Assembly (NCBI GenBank): GCA_964291265.2
Contig: OZ219747.1
Coordinates: forward strand, 1,248,001-1,312,000
Direction: 5' to 3'
DNA: 64,000 nt
Origin: Alphaproteobacteria bacterium
GTDB taxonomy: Bacteria > Pseudomonadota > Alphaproteobacteria > SP197
Positions 50,141 through 61,155 of this stretch are shown here, piece by piece. The notes beneath the pieces were generated by a model. It saw nothing but the letters and a program-made list of their open reading frames with translations, did no database searches and had not been told where the DNA came from. Position 1 is the first letter of the stretch. Each line of letters begins with the position of its first letter. Made by a program: the position numbers and the translations under genes.

Positions 50141-51085
50141 ATGGAGCAGAGGACGTTCGGTCACTCCGGCCTTCAGGTGTCGCTTGCCGGCATGGGCTGC
50201 AACACGCTCGGCTGGTCGGTGGACGAGAACCAGGGAACAAGGGTGGTTCATGCGGCCCTCGATTGTGGTGTGGCCCTGTTCGATACGGCGGACATGTACG
50301 ATGACGGAACCTCGGAACGCATTCTGGGAAAGGCGCTTGCCGGCCGCCGGCAGGACGTTGCGGTCGTGTCGAAGTTCGGCCTGAAGACGGCAAGCGACCA
50401 GCGCGACATACCGCGCGGGTCGCGTGACTACATTATCCGTTCCTGCGAGGGCAGCCTGCGCCGGCTCGGTACCGACTACATCGATCTCTACCTGCATCAC
50501 GCGCCCGATCCCCTGACCCCCGTGGCGGAAACGCTCGATGCCCTTGACCGCCTGATCGACCAGGGAAAGATCCGCTACCACGGCTGTTCCAACTACAGGG
50601 GCTGGCAGATCGCGGATGCGGCCTGGCAGGCCGATACCCTCTCGGTACCCCGCTTCGTTGCGGCGCAGAACGAGTGGAGTCTCATCTCGCGGGAGACCGA
50701 AACCGAGGTTGTGCCCGCGGCCCGGCGGTTCGGACTTGGCATCATGCCCTACTTTCCTCTGGCCATGGGATTTCTCACCGGAAAGTACACCTCAGGCGCC
50801 AAACCGCCCGAATCGTCGCGCCTGGCGTCGGGAGAGGTTCGCCATGCCGCCCTGCTGTCGCAGGAGAACTTCGAGCGTCTCGACAGGCTTGCGGCCTACG
50901 CCGAGGAACATGGAAGGAGTCTCCTGGAACTGGCCATCGGCTGGCTGGCGAGTCACGATACCGTCACCACCGTGATCTGCGGGGCCACCACGGAGGACCA
51001 GGTGAAGGCCAATGCGGCGGCGGTCGGTGCCTGGAACATGACGGCTGGCGACATCGACGAGATCGCCTCCATCGCCGGACCTTGA
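50141..51085 (+). CDS. Aldo/keto reductase
   Basis: FDTADMY, SLRRLGTDYIDLY, GKIRYHGCSN. Confidence 0.92.
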   Translation: MEQRTFGHSGLQVSLAGMGCNTLGWSVDENQGTRVVHAALDCGVALFDTADMYDDGTSERILGKALAGRRQDVAVVSKFGLKTASDQRDIPRGSRDYIIRSCEGSLRRLGTDYIDLYLHHAPDPLTPVAETLDALDRLIDQGKIRYHGCSNYRGWQIADAAWQADTLSVPRFVAAQNEWSLISRETETEVVPAARRFGLGIMPYFPLAMGFLTGKYTSGAKPPESSRLASGEVRHAALLSQENFERLDRLAAYAEEHGRSLLELAIGWLASHDTVTTVICGATTEDQVKANAAAVGAWNMTAGDIDEIASIAGP

Positions 51086-51112
51086 GACGGCAGCCCGAAG
51101 GGAAGTGATCCC

Positions 51113-51331
51113 ATGCCTCTTGTACTCCGCCATCTCCTCCTTGCCGCGGCCAGGCGGGCCGCGTCCGATCCCAGGGTGAGGGCCAAGGCGAAGAAGATCT
51201 ACGAAGAGAAGGCCCGCCCGGTCCTTGCCAGAAAGGCGCGTGAACTGAAGCAGGAAGCAGCCAGACGCGATCCCGAAGAGCATCCCGCACGATTCGTGGG
51301 GCGTGCCTTCAGGCGGTTTCTCGACGGCTGA
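51113..51331 (+). CDS. Small hypothetical protein (72 aa)
   Basis: Fills the gap in a co-directional gene run; purine-rich RBS-like sequence upstream. Confidence 0.6.
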   Translation: MPLVLRHLLLAAARRAASDPRVRAKAKKIYEEKARPVLARKARELKQEAARRDPEEHPARFVGRAFRRFLDG

Positions 51332-51348
51332 TCATTCTCCTCGGAACC

Positions 51349-52566
51349 ATGGATCGTTCCTGGAGATCACCCCTTGTCGTGATCGCTGCAGGTTGCGCCA
51401 TTGCCATGATCGGCTTCGGCGTCCGTTCCGTCTTCGGCCTCTTCCAGGAGCCGGTGACGCTTTCCCACGGCTGGAACCGGGAAGTGTTCGCGCTGGCGCT
51501 CGCCGTCCAGAACCTGCTCTGGGGCCTCGGCGTTCCGATCGCCGGAATGATCGCCGACCGCTTTGGTCCCGGCCGCGTGATCATCCTTGGAGCGATCGTC
51601 TATGCCGTTGGCATCTGGGCGATGTCGGTCGTCGAATCCGGCACCATGTTCGTTCTGGCAGCCGGTGTCCTTGTCGGTCTCGGTGTCGCCTTCACCGCCT
51701 TTTCCCTGGCGCTTGCCTCCATGGCCCGGGTCGTGGCGGCGGAGCGGCGTTCCTTCGTCCTCGGACTTGGCACCGCCGCCGGCTCCTTCGGTCAGTTCGT
51801 CTTTTCGCCCAATGCCCAGTTCGCCATCAGCCTGTTCGAATGGCAGGGCGCGCTCTTGGTCCTGGCGGCGGCATCCCTGGTGATGATCCCGCTGGCCTTC
51901 ATTCTGCCGGCTTCGTCTGCGGCCGTTGACGAAGCGGCATATGAACAGGGCATGCGGGATGCCATAGTCGAGGCCGGACGGCATTCCGGATACGTGCTGT
52001 TGACCCTCGGATTCTTCGTGTGCGGCTTTCAGATTGCCTTCATCACGGTGCATTTCCCGGCATTCGTGACCGGATCCGGCTTCGATGCCAGGGTGGCAGC
52101 CTGGTCGCTGGCCCTGGTGGGCGCCTTCAACATCGTCGGTTGCCTCCTGGCGGGAGTGGTCGGCCAGCGCTGGAGCAAGCGCTACAGTCTTTCCGTCATC
52201 TACTTCCTTCGGGCCGTGCTCATCGTCGCCTTCATGCTGGCCCCCAGAACCGACGCCACGATCTATCTCTTCGCCGGCTGCATGGGACTTGTCTGGCTCG
52301 CTACCGTGCCCCTGACGTCGGGCATCGTCGCCCAGGTCTTCGGCACCCGCTACATGGCCACTCTCTTCGGAATCGTGTTCTTCAGCCACCAGGCCGGCAG
52401 TTTCATCGGTGTCTGGCTGGGAGGGCGGCTCTTCGATGCGACCGGTTCCTACGACGTGATCTGGTGGATCAGTGCGGTGCTTGGACTGCTTGCCTGCCTG
52501 GTTCACCTTCCCTTGGACGAGAGACCACTGATGCGTCTTGCCGTTGTCCCGGAACGGGAGGCCTGA
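51349..52566 (+). CDS. MFS transporter
   Basis: GMIADRFG, LGFFVCGFQ, FFSHQAGSF; about twelve TM segments. Confidence 0.9.
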   Translation: MDRSWRSPLVVIAAGCAIAMIGFGVRSVFGLFQEPVTLSHGWNREVFALALAVQNLLWGLGVPIAGMIADRFGPGRVIILGAIVYAVGIWAMSVVESGTMFVLAAGVLVGLGVAFTAFSLALASMARVVAAERRSFVLGLGTAAGSFGQFVFSPNAQFAISLFEWQGALLVLAAASLVMIPLAFILPASSAAVDEAAYEQGMRDAIVEAGRHSGYVLLTLGFFVCGFQIAFITVHFPAFVTGSGFDARVAAWSLALVGAFNIVGCLLAGVVGQRWSKRYSLSVIYFLRAVLIVAFMLAPRTDATIYLFAGCMGLVWLATVPLTSGIVAQVFGTRYMATLFGIVFFSHQAGSFIGVWLGGRLFDATGSYDVIWWISAVLGLLACLVHLPLDERPLMRLAVVPEREA

Positions 52567-52607
52567 CCGTCGATGAGTGCCCGCGAGAGAGATGAGGGAT
52601 TGACTGC

Positions 52608-55226
52608 ATGACCATGGACGTGACACGCCTTGCCGATTACCGGCCCTTTCCCTGGCGCATCGATACCGTCGTTCTTCATGTCGCACTCGATCCCGCCGCG
52701 ACGGTCGTTCATGCCAGGCTGGCCGTCGAGGCGGCGCCAGGTGGCCAACCCCTGAAACTCGATGGGGACAGCCTCACCCTGGACATGGTGGCCATCGACG
52801 ACGTGCCGCTGGCAGCATCGGCCTATCGTCATGACGAGACAGGACTCGTCATCCATGAGCCCCCACGCGTGTTCACCCTTGAAACCCGAACCACCATCGC
52901 ACCGGCCCGCAATGTGGCCCTGGAGGGCCTCTATATGTCCTCGGGAATCTACTGCACGCAGTGCGAGGCCGAGGGGTTTCGCCGCATGACCTTCTTTCCC
53001 GACCGCCCCGACGTGCTCACCACCTACACCGTCGCCATCGATGCCGATCGCGGCAGCTGTCCGGTTCTCCTTTCCAACGGCAATCTGGTGAAGGAACATG
53101 ATCTCGCAGACGGCCGTCACCGCACGGTCTGGCATGATCCGTACCCGAAACCCTCCTATCTCTTCGCCCTGGTTGCCGGGGATCTTGACCGCCTTGAGGA
53201 TACCTTCACCACCGCCTCGGGCCGCGATGTCGACCTGCGGATCTGGAGTGAGCACGGCAACCGGGAAAAGTGTCTCTATGCCATGGATTCCCTCAAGAGG
53301 GCCATGCGCTGGGACGAGGAGAACCACGGTCTGGAGTACGACCTCGACACGTTCAACATTGTCGCCGTCGCGGATTTCAATGCCGGTGCGATGGAGAACA
53401 AGAGTCTCAACATCTTCAATTCCAGCCTGGTTCTCGCCAGTCCTCAGACGGCAACGGACGCAAACTACGAAGCCATCGAGAGTGTCATTGCCCACGAGTA
53501 CTTCCACAACTGGACCGGTGACCGCGTGACCTGCCGCGACTGGTTCCAGCTCTCTCTCAAGGAAGGACTCACCGTCTACCGCGATCAGGAATTCAGTGCT
53601 GACATGAGAAGCCGCCCGGTCAAGCGAATCGATGACGTGCGTCGCCTGCGCGCCGCGCAGTTTCCCGAAGACGCGGGGCCCATGGCCCATCCGGTGCGCC
53701 CGTCGAGCTACGTCGAGATCAACAACTTCTACACGCCGACCGTCTATGAGAAGGGGGCGGAGGTCATCCGCATGATGGAACGCATCCTCGGCAGGGACGG
53801 ATTCCGCAAGGGCATGGATCTCTACATTGACCGCCACGACGGCATGGCGGTGACCTGCGACGATTTCATCGCCGCCATGGCGGATGCCAGCGGGGTCGAT
53901 CTCGGGCACTTCAGCCTGTGGTACAGCCAGGCCGGCACGCCGGAAGTGACCGCCTCGGGTCAGTGGATCGCCGATGAGGCGGTCTATGAGCTCGTTCTCG
54001 AACAGGAAACGCCACCAACGCCGGGTCAGGCAGCCAAGAAGGCCCTCCGCATTCCCTTTGAAGTCGGTCTCGTCGGTCCGAACGGCAACGACATGGAGGT
54101 CACCCTCGAAGGCCGGAGCGCCACGAGCCATGTCCTCGACCTCGATCTTCCCTCCCGGACCTTCCGTTTCGAAGGTGTCGGAGCCCGTCCCGTCCTGTCG
54201 CTCAACCGGGGCTTCACGGCACCGGTGCGCGTCGCGTCCGATATCGATGATGCCGGCCTGGCCTTCCTCATGGCCCACGACAGCGATTCCTTTGCCCGCT
54301 GGGAGGCGGGTCAGAGTTACGCAACGCGCCTGCTTCTCGCCATGATCGCGACCATTCGCCAGGGCGGCACTCCGGCAACCGACGAGCGCTGGCTCGAGGC
54401 CATGTCGACGACCATCGGCGATTCGTCCCTCGATCCCGCGTTCAAGGCCCGTGCGCTCGCACTCCCCGGTGAATCCTGGCTCGCCGATCAGATGAAAACG
54501 GTGGATGTCGAAGCCATCCATGAGGCGAGGGAGGCCATGAGGCTGGCGGCGGCGAACCGCTTCCCCGGCAGCTGGAGAGCACTGATCGAAGGTGACGACG
54601 AACCCTACAGTCCCGGCGGCGAACAGGCCGGCAGGCGTGCGCTCAAGGGCGTGGCCCTGTCCTACTGTGCCGCGCCCGGTGACGCGGAGGCGGTCTCTCT
54701 CGTCACCGGGGTCTACGCCGGCGCCGGCAACATGACCGACCGCCTTGCCGCGCTGTCGCTGATCGCCGCCATCGACACGCCACACCGCGACACATGCCTC
54801 GCGGATTTTCGCGACCGGTTTCGTGACGATGACCTGGTCATGGACAAGTGGCTGGGCGTTCAGGCGTCGTCGCCGCTCGATGATACGCTCTCCAGGGTCC
54901 GTGACCTGCTCGCCCACGAGGTCTTCAGCCCGGAGAAGCCCAACAAGGTCTTCGCCCTCATCGGCGGTTTCGCGATGGCCAATCCCCTGAACTTCCATCG
55001 TCGCGACGGGTCGGGCTACCGCTTTGTCGCGGACCGGTTGGTGGAACTGGACGATGTCAATCCCCAGGTGGCGGCGCGGATCATCAACCCGCTCATGCGC
55101 TGGCGTCGCCAGGACAGTGATCGGCAGGCGCTCATGCGCCATGAACTGGAGCGAATAGGCGCGAAGCAGAACCTGTCGTCCGACCTTGGCGAGAAGATCA
55201 CGAAGTCCCTGGAGCAGGAGGAATAG
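52608..55226 (+). CDS. pepN: Aminopeptidase N
   Basis: TQCEAEGFRR, GAMENK, HEYFHNWTG..LKEG, NPQVAAR. Confidence 0.97.
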   Translation: MTMDVTRLADYRPFPWRIDTVVLHVALDPAATVVHARLAVEAAPGGQPLKLDGDSLTLDMVAIDDVPLAASAYRHDETGLVIHEPPRVFTLETRTTIAPARNVALEGLYMSSGIYCTQCEAEGFRRMTFFPDRPDVLTTYTVAIDADRGSCPVLLSNGNLVKEHDLADGRHRTVWHDPYPKPSYLFALVAGDLDRLEDTFTTASGRDVDLRIWSEHGNREKCLYAMDSLKRAMRWDEENHGLEYDLDTFNIVAVADFNAGAMENKSLNIFNSSLVLASPQTATDANYEAIESVIAHEYFHNWTGDRVTCRDWFQLSLKEGLTVYRDQEFSADMRSRPVKRIDDVRRLRAAQFPEDAGPMAHPVRPSSYVEINNFYTPTVYEKGAEVIRMMERILGRDGFRKGMDLYIDRHDGMAVTCDDFIAAMADASGVDLGHFSLWYSQAGTPEVTASGQWIADEAVYELVLEQETPPTPGQAAKKALRIPFEVGLVGPNGNDMEVTLEGRSATSHVLDLDLPSRTFRFEGVGARPVLSLNRGFTAPVRVASDIDDAGLAFLMAHDSDSFARWEAGQSYATRLLLAMIATIRQGGTPATDERWLEAMSTTIGDSSLDPAFKARALALPGESWLADQMKTVDVEAIHEAREAMRLAAANRFPGSWRALIEGDDEPYSPGGEQAGRRALKGVALSYCAAPGDAEAVSLVTGVYAGAGNMTDRLAALSLIAAIDTPHRDTCLADFRDRFRDDDLVMDKWLGVQASSPLDDTLSRVRDLLAHEVFSPEKPNKVFALIGGFAMANPLNFHRRDGSGYRFVADRLVELDDVNPQVAARIINPLMRWRRQDSDRQALMRHELERIGAKQNLSSDLGEKITKSLEQEE

Positions 55227-55230
55227 GAGC

Positions 55231-56040
55231 GTGCCCCACGTCACCACCTCCGGCGCTTCGCTGTGGTATGAGCAGACCGGTTCCGGTCATGACATCGTCT
55301 GGCTTCCCGGCGGGGATCAGCGCGGTTCGGCGATGAGATGGCAGGTGGAGGGATTCCCGGACTTTCGCAACACGACGATGGATCCCCGCGGCGTCGGCGA
55401 AACCACGTCCTTCGAAGGTCCGCCGTGGTCCATTCTCGACATGGCGCGCGACTGCGCCGAACTGATCGAGGCGCGCTGTTCGCCCCCCGTGGTGGCGGCA
55501 GGACTCTCCATGGGTTCCCTCATCGTCCAGGAACTGGCGATCAACTGGCCGCACCTCGTGCGCCTTGCCATCCCCATGGGGACCTTTGCCGTGTCGGAAG
55601 GATTTTCCCGGGAGTGGATGGAGGCAGAGATCCGTTATCGCCGCACGCGCGGCGACCTGCCGTTCGACTTTGCCGTCACGCACTACGCGGTCTTCATGTA
55701 TCCACCTGAAGTGCTGGATGATCCGCAACTCTGGGCGCGTCTGCGGGGGGTCACGGAAGCGGCCTACGGAGAACGGGACGGCGCCATGCTCGATGCCCAG
55801 TGGCAGGCGTGCTGCGAGTTCGACACGACGGCAAGACTCCCGCTGTGCGAGGTCCCGGTCCACGTCATCGGTTTCGGACTCGACATGCAGGCGCCGCCCT
55901 CCCTGGGCCGCAAGTGCGCCGCGCTGGCGGCCAACGGCCACTATTATCACCTCGAGGGCCTCAGTCACCTTTCTCTCTGTGGCCACCGCCACGAGGTGGT
56001 GAACGCCACCATCCGCGCCATCATCGAAGGCCATGGGTGA
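55231..56040 (+). CDS. Alpha/beta hydrolase
   Basis: DPRGVGET, GLSMG nucleophile elbow, C-terminal His; GTG start after AGGAG. Confidence 0.85.
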   Translation: MPHVTTSGASLWYEQTGSGHDIVWLPGGDQRGSAMRWQVEGFPDFRNTTMDPRGVGETTSFEGPPWSILDMARDCAELIEARCSPPVVAAGLSMGSLIVQELAINWPHLVRLAIPMGTFAVSEGFSREWMEAEIRYRRTRGDLPFDFAVTHYAVFMYPPEVLDDPQLWARLRGVTEAAYGERDGAMLDAQWQACCEFDTTARLPLCEVPVHVIGFGLDMQAPPSLGRKCAALAANGHYYHLEGLSHLSLCGHRHEVVNATIRAIIEGHG

Positions 56041-56810
56041 CGCCCGTCACCCGTTGCCGACGGGAGCGAGCGTATCGACATCGCCGCCTGACATCCGATG
56101 GCGGGGGCTTCCCGACCCGCCACGGCGCTCAGGCAGGCGCTGGAAACCCTGGCGAAGATCGCCTTCAGGGTCCCGTGGGCTGCCGATCCCGATCTGTGCC
56201 CCGATGCCCTGGTCAGCGCTCGCTGCCTGCACGAGGCGGGGGGCGGTCTGCGCAAGGCCGCTCGGGCGCGAGCGGCCATGGCAGGACAAGGCACGTCCGG
56301 CTTGTCGGACAAGGGTGAAGCGGCGGCCATCACGTCAACGCCTGCATGCCGGGTGGCCGGGCGTTTGCGGTCGCCCGATCCGACATGTTCGACACCTTGG
56401 AATCCGCTTGGCCGGCAGTCGTCGTTGACGCGGCGCCGGGCGACGGGGACGATGCGATGACAAGGGCACGCGAAGCGTTCTGAACTGTTGTGGTCGGGCC
56501 GACTGCAAGCCCACGCTGATTCGCTTCGGGCTGTTGGCCGAACGCCACATCAACGGGCCGGTTGCCCGTGAAGACGCGGTGACCACAGGGGCCACGACTT
56601 CCTCGCAGGCGGTGTTGACAAGGAATTCACATGACTGCGTGATCTCGTCGACAATGACCTGACGGCAGCGGCCTCGCTGCCTGTCATGAAGGCGGTTCCT
56701 TGAGGGAGCGGCCTGCGTTGGAGAGGCAGAACGGCCGATCGCCGGACGTTCTGCGCTGGATGTCGGGCCGCTTTGAGCAGGCGGTTCACCGCTGAGGGAG
56801 AGTCGCATCC

Positions 56811-57848
56811 ATGAAGTGGTCGAAGACGCTGACGATGGTCGAGGCCCATGCTGAAGGAGAGGTTGGCCGCGTCGTAACCGGAGGCTTTGTGAATGTTCCC
56901 GGCGAAACGATGGCTGCCAAGCTCGATCATCTCAACCGGGTCGACGACAGCATTCGCCGATTCTGCGTGTTCGAACCTCGTGGCTGCGCCCAAATGAGCA
57001 CGAATCTCGTCCTTCCCGCGACACGCCCCGATGCCGATGTCGGTTTCGTCGTCCTTCAGGGCGACAAGGCACACGCCATGTCGGGCTCGAATGCCATTTG
57101 TGTCACGACGGTCCTGCTGGAGACGGGCGCCGTGCCGATGACGGAGCCGGAAACGGTGGTGCGCCTCGACACGGCCGTTGGATTGGTTGCCGCACGCGCC
57201 GCGTGCCGAGACGGCAAGTGCGAGCGTGTCACACTCGACATGCCGTCGGCCTTTGTCGAGGACCTGGATGTCGGACTCGACGTACCGGAACTCGGCCCGG
57301 TCACGGTCGACATTGCCTTCGGCGGAATCTACTACGCCCTGATCGACCCCCGACAACTTGGCCTTTCGATCGCACCGGATCAGGGACGCGCGCTGGTGGA
57401 CGCCGGATCGAGGATCCATCGCGCCGTCAATGCCACTCTCTCGTTCCGTCATCCGGAAGTCCCGTCCCTGAATGCCCTGTCCTACGTCATGTTCGCCGAC
57501 ACGCTTGACGACGGCACACTGATCGGCGCGACAGTCATGCCGCCGGGGCGCCTGGACCGGTCGCCGTGCGGAACGGGCAACGCCGCCCGCCTGGCCGTGC
57601 GTGCGGCCCGCAACCAGACCCGTCCCGGTGATGTCGTCACGGCGCGATCGATCATCAACAGCGCGTTCAGCGTCGAGTTCCTGGGCCCGGCGCAGGTCGG
57701 TCCGAAACCGGCGATACGCGCCCGGATTTCCGGACGCGGGTGGATCCATGGAGTTCACCAGATCGGACTGGATCCGAGCGATCCGTTTCCGAACGGCTTT
57801 CTCCTCTCGGACACCTGGGGCGATGCCTTCGACCTTCTCGTATCCTGA
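56811..57848 (+). CDS. Proline racemase superfamily protein (Ser/Cys type)
   Basis: HAEGEVGRV, EPRG, AMSGSN, DIAFGG, DRSPCGTG. Confidence 0.9.
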   Translation: MKWSKTLTMVEAHAEGEVGRVVTGGFVNVPGETMAAKLDHLNRVDDSIRRFCVFEPRGCAQMSTNLVLPATRPDADVGFVVLQGDKAHAMSGSNAICVTTVLLETGAVPMTEPETVVRLDTAVGLVAARAACRDGKCERVTLDMPSAFVEDLDVGLDVPELGPVTVDIAFGGIYYALIDPRQLGLSIAPDQGRALVDAGSRIHRAVNATLSFRHPEVPSLNALSYVMFADTLDDGTLIGATVMPPGRLDRSPCGTGNAARLAVRAARNQTRPGDVVTARSIINSAFSVEFLGPAQVGPKPAIRARISGRGWIHGVHQIGLDPSDPFPNGFLLSDTWGDAFDLLVS

Positions 57849-58400
57849 ACGCGCGGTTTGCTGGACCAGTCAAGTCCGCGTCGTCGGCAGCCGAGAAGAC
57901 GGACGTCCGCCCACGACACTTGTTTCGGGCGTTCGACGACCAGCCGGCTGCACGCCTCCCCAGACTTGATGTTGATGGCTGCATAGAACGGCGGGATTTC
58001 GGCGATTTGCCGCGCTTTGTCAGGGTCGTGTTTCTTCCCTGTTGTCAGGTCCTATTGTCACGTCCTGTTGTCGTGGGTTCAGTGTTCGGTTGATTGTCTC
58101 ACCGAGCGTCGCCGTCTTTTCCTATTGTCGTTTTGGTCCGGTTCGGGTTGTTCCGTCGGCCTCTGCTTCGGTCTTGGTGAGGGTTGCCGGGAGGGTTCCG
58201 GTTCCGAGGCACTCGCGGGATCGTCTGTTTTCCCTGTGGTCTGGGTCGCGTTGTCCGGTCCCGGGGCGGCGACTTTGCCGCCGCCCCGGGTGGATGCTAG
58301 ATCGGCATCGAAAGAAAGAGCGATGCGATGCCGGGCAGAGTTGTGATGACGACCCCCGGCGCAGCACCCGGACGAGCCGGTCACGGGGGACCGAACTCCC

Positions 58401-58931
58401 GTGTATTGTCGAGCCATTTTGCGTCCGGGTCCACCCCCGCTCTCGAGACGGATCGTGTGCACGACGGGACGACTGTTCAACTGCAAGCGGTGTCAGCGGC
58501 AGGTTGTTCTCTGCCGGTCGTGTGACCGGGGGCATGTGTATTGCTCCGATGAGTGCAGGGAGCGGTCCCGGATCGAGCGGCGCCGCGCGTCGCGTCGTCG
58601 CTACCAGAGCACGCTGAGGGGCCGTGAGACGGGCCGTCACCGCCAGCGGCGTTACCGGCTCCGCAAGGCGGAGGAGGCGCGTGCGTTGAAGGCCAGGGCG
58701 GCGATGCTTGCCGAGATCATGGGCACGCAGACGTCTGCTGTGGTGCTGCTTGGCGACGTTCCGGCGGTGTCTGGAGACGCCGGTTCCGAAGAAATCGTTA
58801 CGGACCACCCTTCCCGACTGCTGCCGACCTCCCTACCTGCGGTTGTGAAGGCGCAAGAGCGACGCGAATCGCCGCTTCGGTGCGCCCGTTGCGGACGGGT
58901 CGTGACGCATGTGGTGCTGAGGGACCCGTGA
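58401..58931 (+). CDS. Cys-rich putative zinc-binding protein, copy 2
   Basis: Near-identical to 10125-10655. Confidence 0.7.
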   Translation: MYCRAILRPGPPPLSRRIVCTTGRLFNCKRCQRQVVLCRSCDRGHVYCSDECRERSRIERRRASRRRYQSTLRGRETGRHRQRRYRLRKAEEARALKARAAMLAEIMGTQTSAVVLLGDVPAVSGDAGSEEIVTDHPSRLLPTSLPAVVKAQERRESPLRCARCGRVVTHVVLRDP

Positions 58932-58963
58932 TGCGGCGTTGAGGAACCAGAGGGAGGGAGTTC

Positions 58964-60457
58964 ATGGCGATCGACGAGGACACGCGGGCGACGATCGTGC
59001 GGCTGTCGCGGGCCGAGGGCTGGGCTGTGGGGACGATTGCCCGGCATCTCGGCGTGCACCACGGCACGGTGACGCGGGCGCTCAAGGCGTCGGGGCAGGA
59101 GCGGCGGCCGCGGGCCAAGCTCATCGACCCCTTCGTTGCCTTCCTCGGGGAGCGTCTTGAGGCGTCGCCGGACCTTCCGGCCAGCACGCTCTGGCGACAG
59201 GTCGTGGCTCTGGGCTACCGCGGCGGCGAGGATCACTTCCGTCACGACCTGCGCCGCCTCGGGCTGAGGCCGGTGAAGAGGCCCGAGCCGTCGCTGCGGC
59301 TGAGCTTCCTTCCGGGCGAGCAGGCGCAGGTTGACTGGGCCGAGTTCGGGAAGGTCCGCATCGGCCGGGCGGAGCGCAGGCTCATGGGGCTTCTCGTCAC
59401 CCTCAGCTACTCGCGCCAGACTGTCCTGAGCCTGTTCCACGACGCGCGGATGGCCAGCTTCCTGCAAGGCCATGTCGAGGCTTTCGCGGCATTCGGGGGT
59501 GTGCCGCGGAGGCTTCTGTACGACAACCTGAAGAGTGCCGTGGTGACGCGCCGCGGCAAGGCGGTCACCTATCATCCGATGCTGCTCGGCCTCGCGGCCC
59601 ACTATGCCTTCGAACCGAGCGCCGCCTGGCCCAGGAGCCCGCAGGAGAAGGGCCGCGTGGAACGCCGTGTGCGCTTCGCGCGCACCGGGTTCTTCGCCGG
59701 GCGCGACATCACGGTCCCGCTCGGCGAGCTCAACGCCGCGGTTCGGGAGTGGTGCTTCGGCGCCGCCGCGGAGCGGCCCTGGCCGGACGACGACAGTCTC
59801 CTGGTGCGGGACGCCTTCGCCCGGGAGAGGGAGCACCTGATCGTCCTTCCCGTCGACCCCTTCCCGCATCACGAGGTCCGCCCGGTGCGCATCGACAAGA
59901 CCTGCCACGCCCGCTTCGACACCAACGACTACAGCGTTCCGGGTAGCTTCTCCAAGGCCCTGCTGACGCTGGTCGCCGACCGCGACGAGGTTCGCATCCT
60001 CGACGGCGCCGACGAGGTCGCGCGCCACCGACGCTCCTACGACAGGAAGCAGGCCGTCACCGATCCGGAGCATGCCAGGGCGATCGCCGCGGGCAAGCGG
60101 CGGGCCCGCTCCATGAGCGTCCGCGACCGGGTCCTGCGCACCGTGCCGCGGGCCGAGGAGATGCTGGCGCGCGCCGGGACCAACGGGCGCAACGTGGCCT
60201 CCTGCGCCCGGATGCTGGAGACGCTTCTCAACGCGCACGGCGCCGACGCTCTCGACCGGGCTGTCGCCACGGCGCTGGAGCGCGGCTCGTGCCACCCCGA
60301 AACCGTGCGCGTCATCATCGAGGAGCGCCGCCGGGAGCAGGGCCTGCCGCCCCTCAGCATCGCCGACGACGGCCGCGGCGGCCGTGGCACGACGCCGCGG
60401 GGGACCGCTCTCGACGCCTACGACAGGCCCGAAGCCAGCGCCAGGAACAAGACATGA
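58964..60457 (+). CDS. istA: IS21-family transposase IstA, copy 2
   Basis: Protein appears identical to 10688-12181. Confidence 0.95.
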   Translation: MAIDEDTRATIVRLSRAEGWAVGTIARHLGVHHGTVTRALKASGQERRPRAKLIDPFVAFLGERLEASPDLPASTLWRQVVALGYRGGEDHFRHDLRRLGLRPVKRPEPSLRLSFLPGEQAQVDWAEFGKVRIGRAERRLMGLLVTLSYSRQTVLSLFHDARMASFLQGHVEAFAAFGGVPRRLLYDNLKSAVVTRRGKAVTYHPMLLGLAAHYAFEPSAAWPRSPQEKGRVERRVRFARTGFFAGRDITVPLGELNAAVREWCFGAAAERPWPDDDSLLVRDAFAREREHLIVLPVDPFPHHEVRPVRIDKTCHARFDTNDYSVPGSFSKALLTLVADRDEVRILDGADEVARHRRSYDRKQAVTDPEHARAIAAGKRRARSMSVRDRVLRTVPRAEEMLARAGTNGRNVASCARMLETLLNAHGADALDRAVATALERGSCHPETVRVIIEERRREQGLPPLSIADDGRGGRGTTPRGTALDAYDRPEASARNKT

Positions 60458-61155
60458 GCGAGCTCAGGGAGCGTGCCCGGGCGCTCGGCCTCCACGGGCT
60501 CGTCGAACGCTGGGACGAGGTCGCCGGGACCGCATGGATCGAGGAGGTGGTCAGCGGCGAGGAACAGGCCCGCAGGGCCCGCAGCCACGAGCGCCGCCGC
60601 GCCGCGGCGCGGCTGCCCGCCTTCAAGCCCCTGGCGGACTTCGACTGGACATGGCCGCGCGACATCAGCCGGGCTCATGTCGAAGCGCTCCTCGGCCTCG
60701 GCTTCGTCGACCGTGCGGACAACGCCGTGCTCGTCGGCGGGCAGGGCACCGGAAAGACCATGATCGCCGCCAACGTGGCGCACCAGGCCCTGCTGCACGG
60801 CCACACCGTCCGCTTCGAGAAGGCGCCGGAACTGCTCGAGGCACTCGCCGAGACCGTCTCGCGCAGCGAGCTGCGCCGCCGCCTCGCGATCCTCGCCAGG
60901 CCCCGCCTGCTCGTCCTCGACGAAATCGGCTACGTGACCCTCGAAAGCCACCATGCCGACATCCTCTACGCCATCGTCTCGCGGCGCTATCAGCGCCGCT
61001 CGACCATGGTCACGACAAGCCTCGCCTTCGCCCAGTGGGACCGCGTCTTCCCCAGCGCCTCCGGCATCGCCGGCACCGTCGACCGGCTCATGCACGACGC
61101 AACCCTCATCTCCATCGACAGCGACTCCTGGCGGCTCAGGCGTGAAACCCGATAA
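60454..61155 (+). CDS. istB: IS21-family ATPase IstB, copy 2
   Basis: Walker A and B motifs as in copy 1. Confidence 0.95.
   Translation: MSELRERARALGLHGLVERWDEVAGTAWIEEVVSGEEQARRARSHERRRAAARLPAFKPLADFDWTWPRDISRAHVEALLGLGFVDRADNAVLVGGQGTGKTMIAANVAHQALLHGHTVRFEKAPELLEALAETVSRSELRRRLAILARPRLLVLDEIGYVTLESHHADILYAIVSRRYQRRSTMVTTSLAFAQWDRVFPSASGIAGTVDRLMHDATLISIDSDSWRLRRETR

Noticed and set aside
56041-56800. ORFs in the gap before the proline racemase gene
   Set aside because: Several overlapping short ORFs without motifs; possibly pseudogene debris
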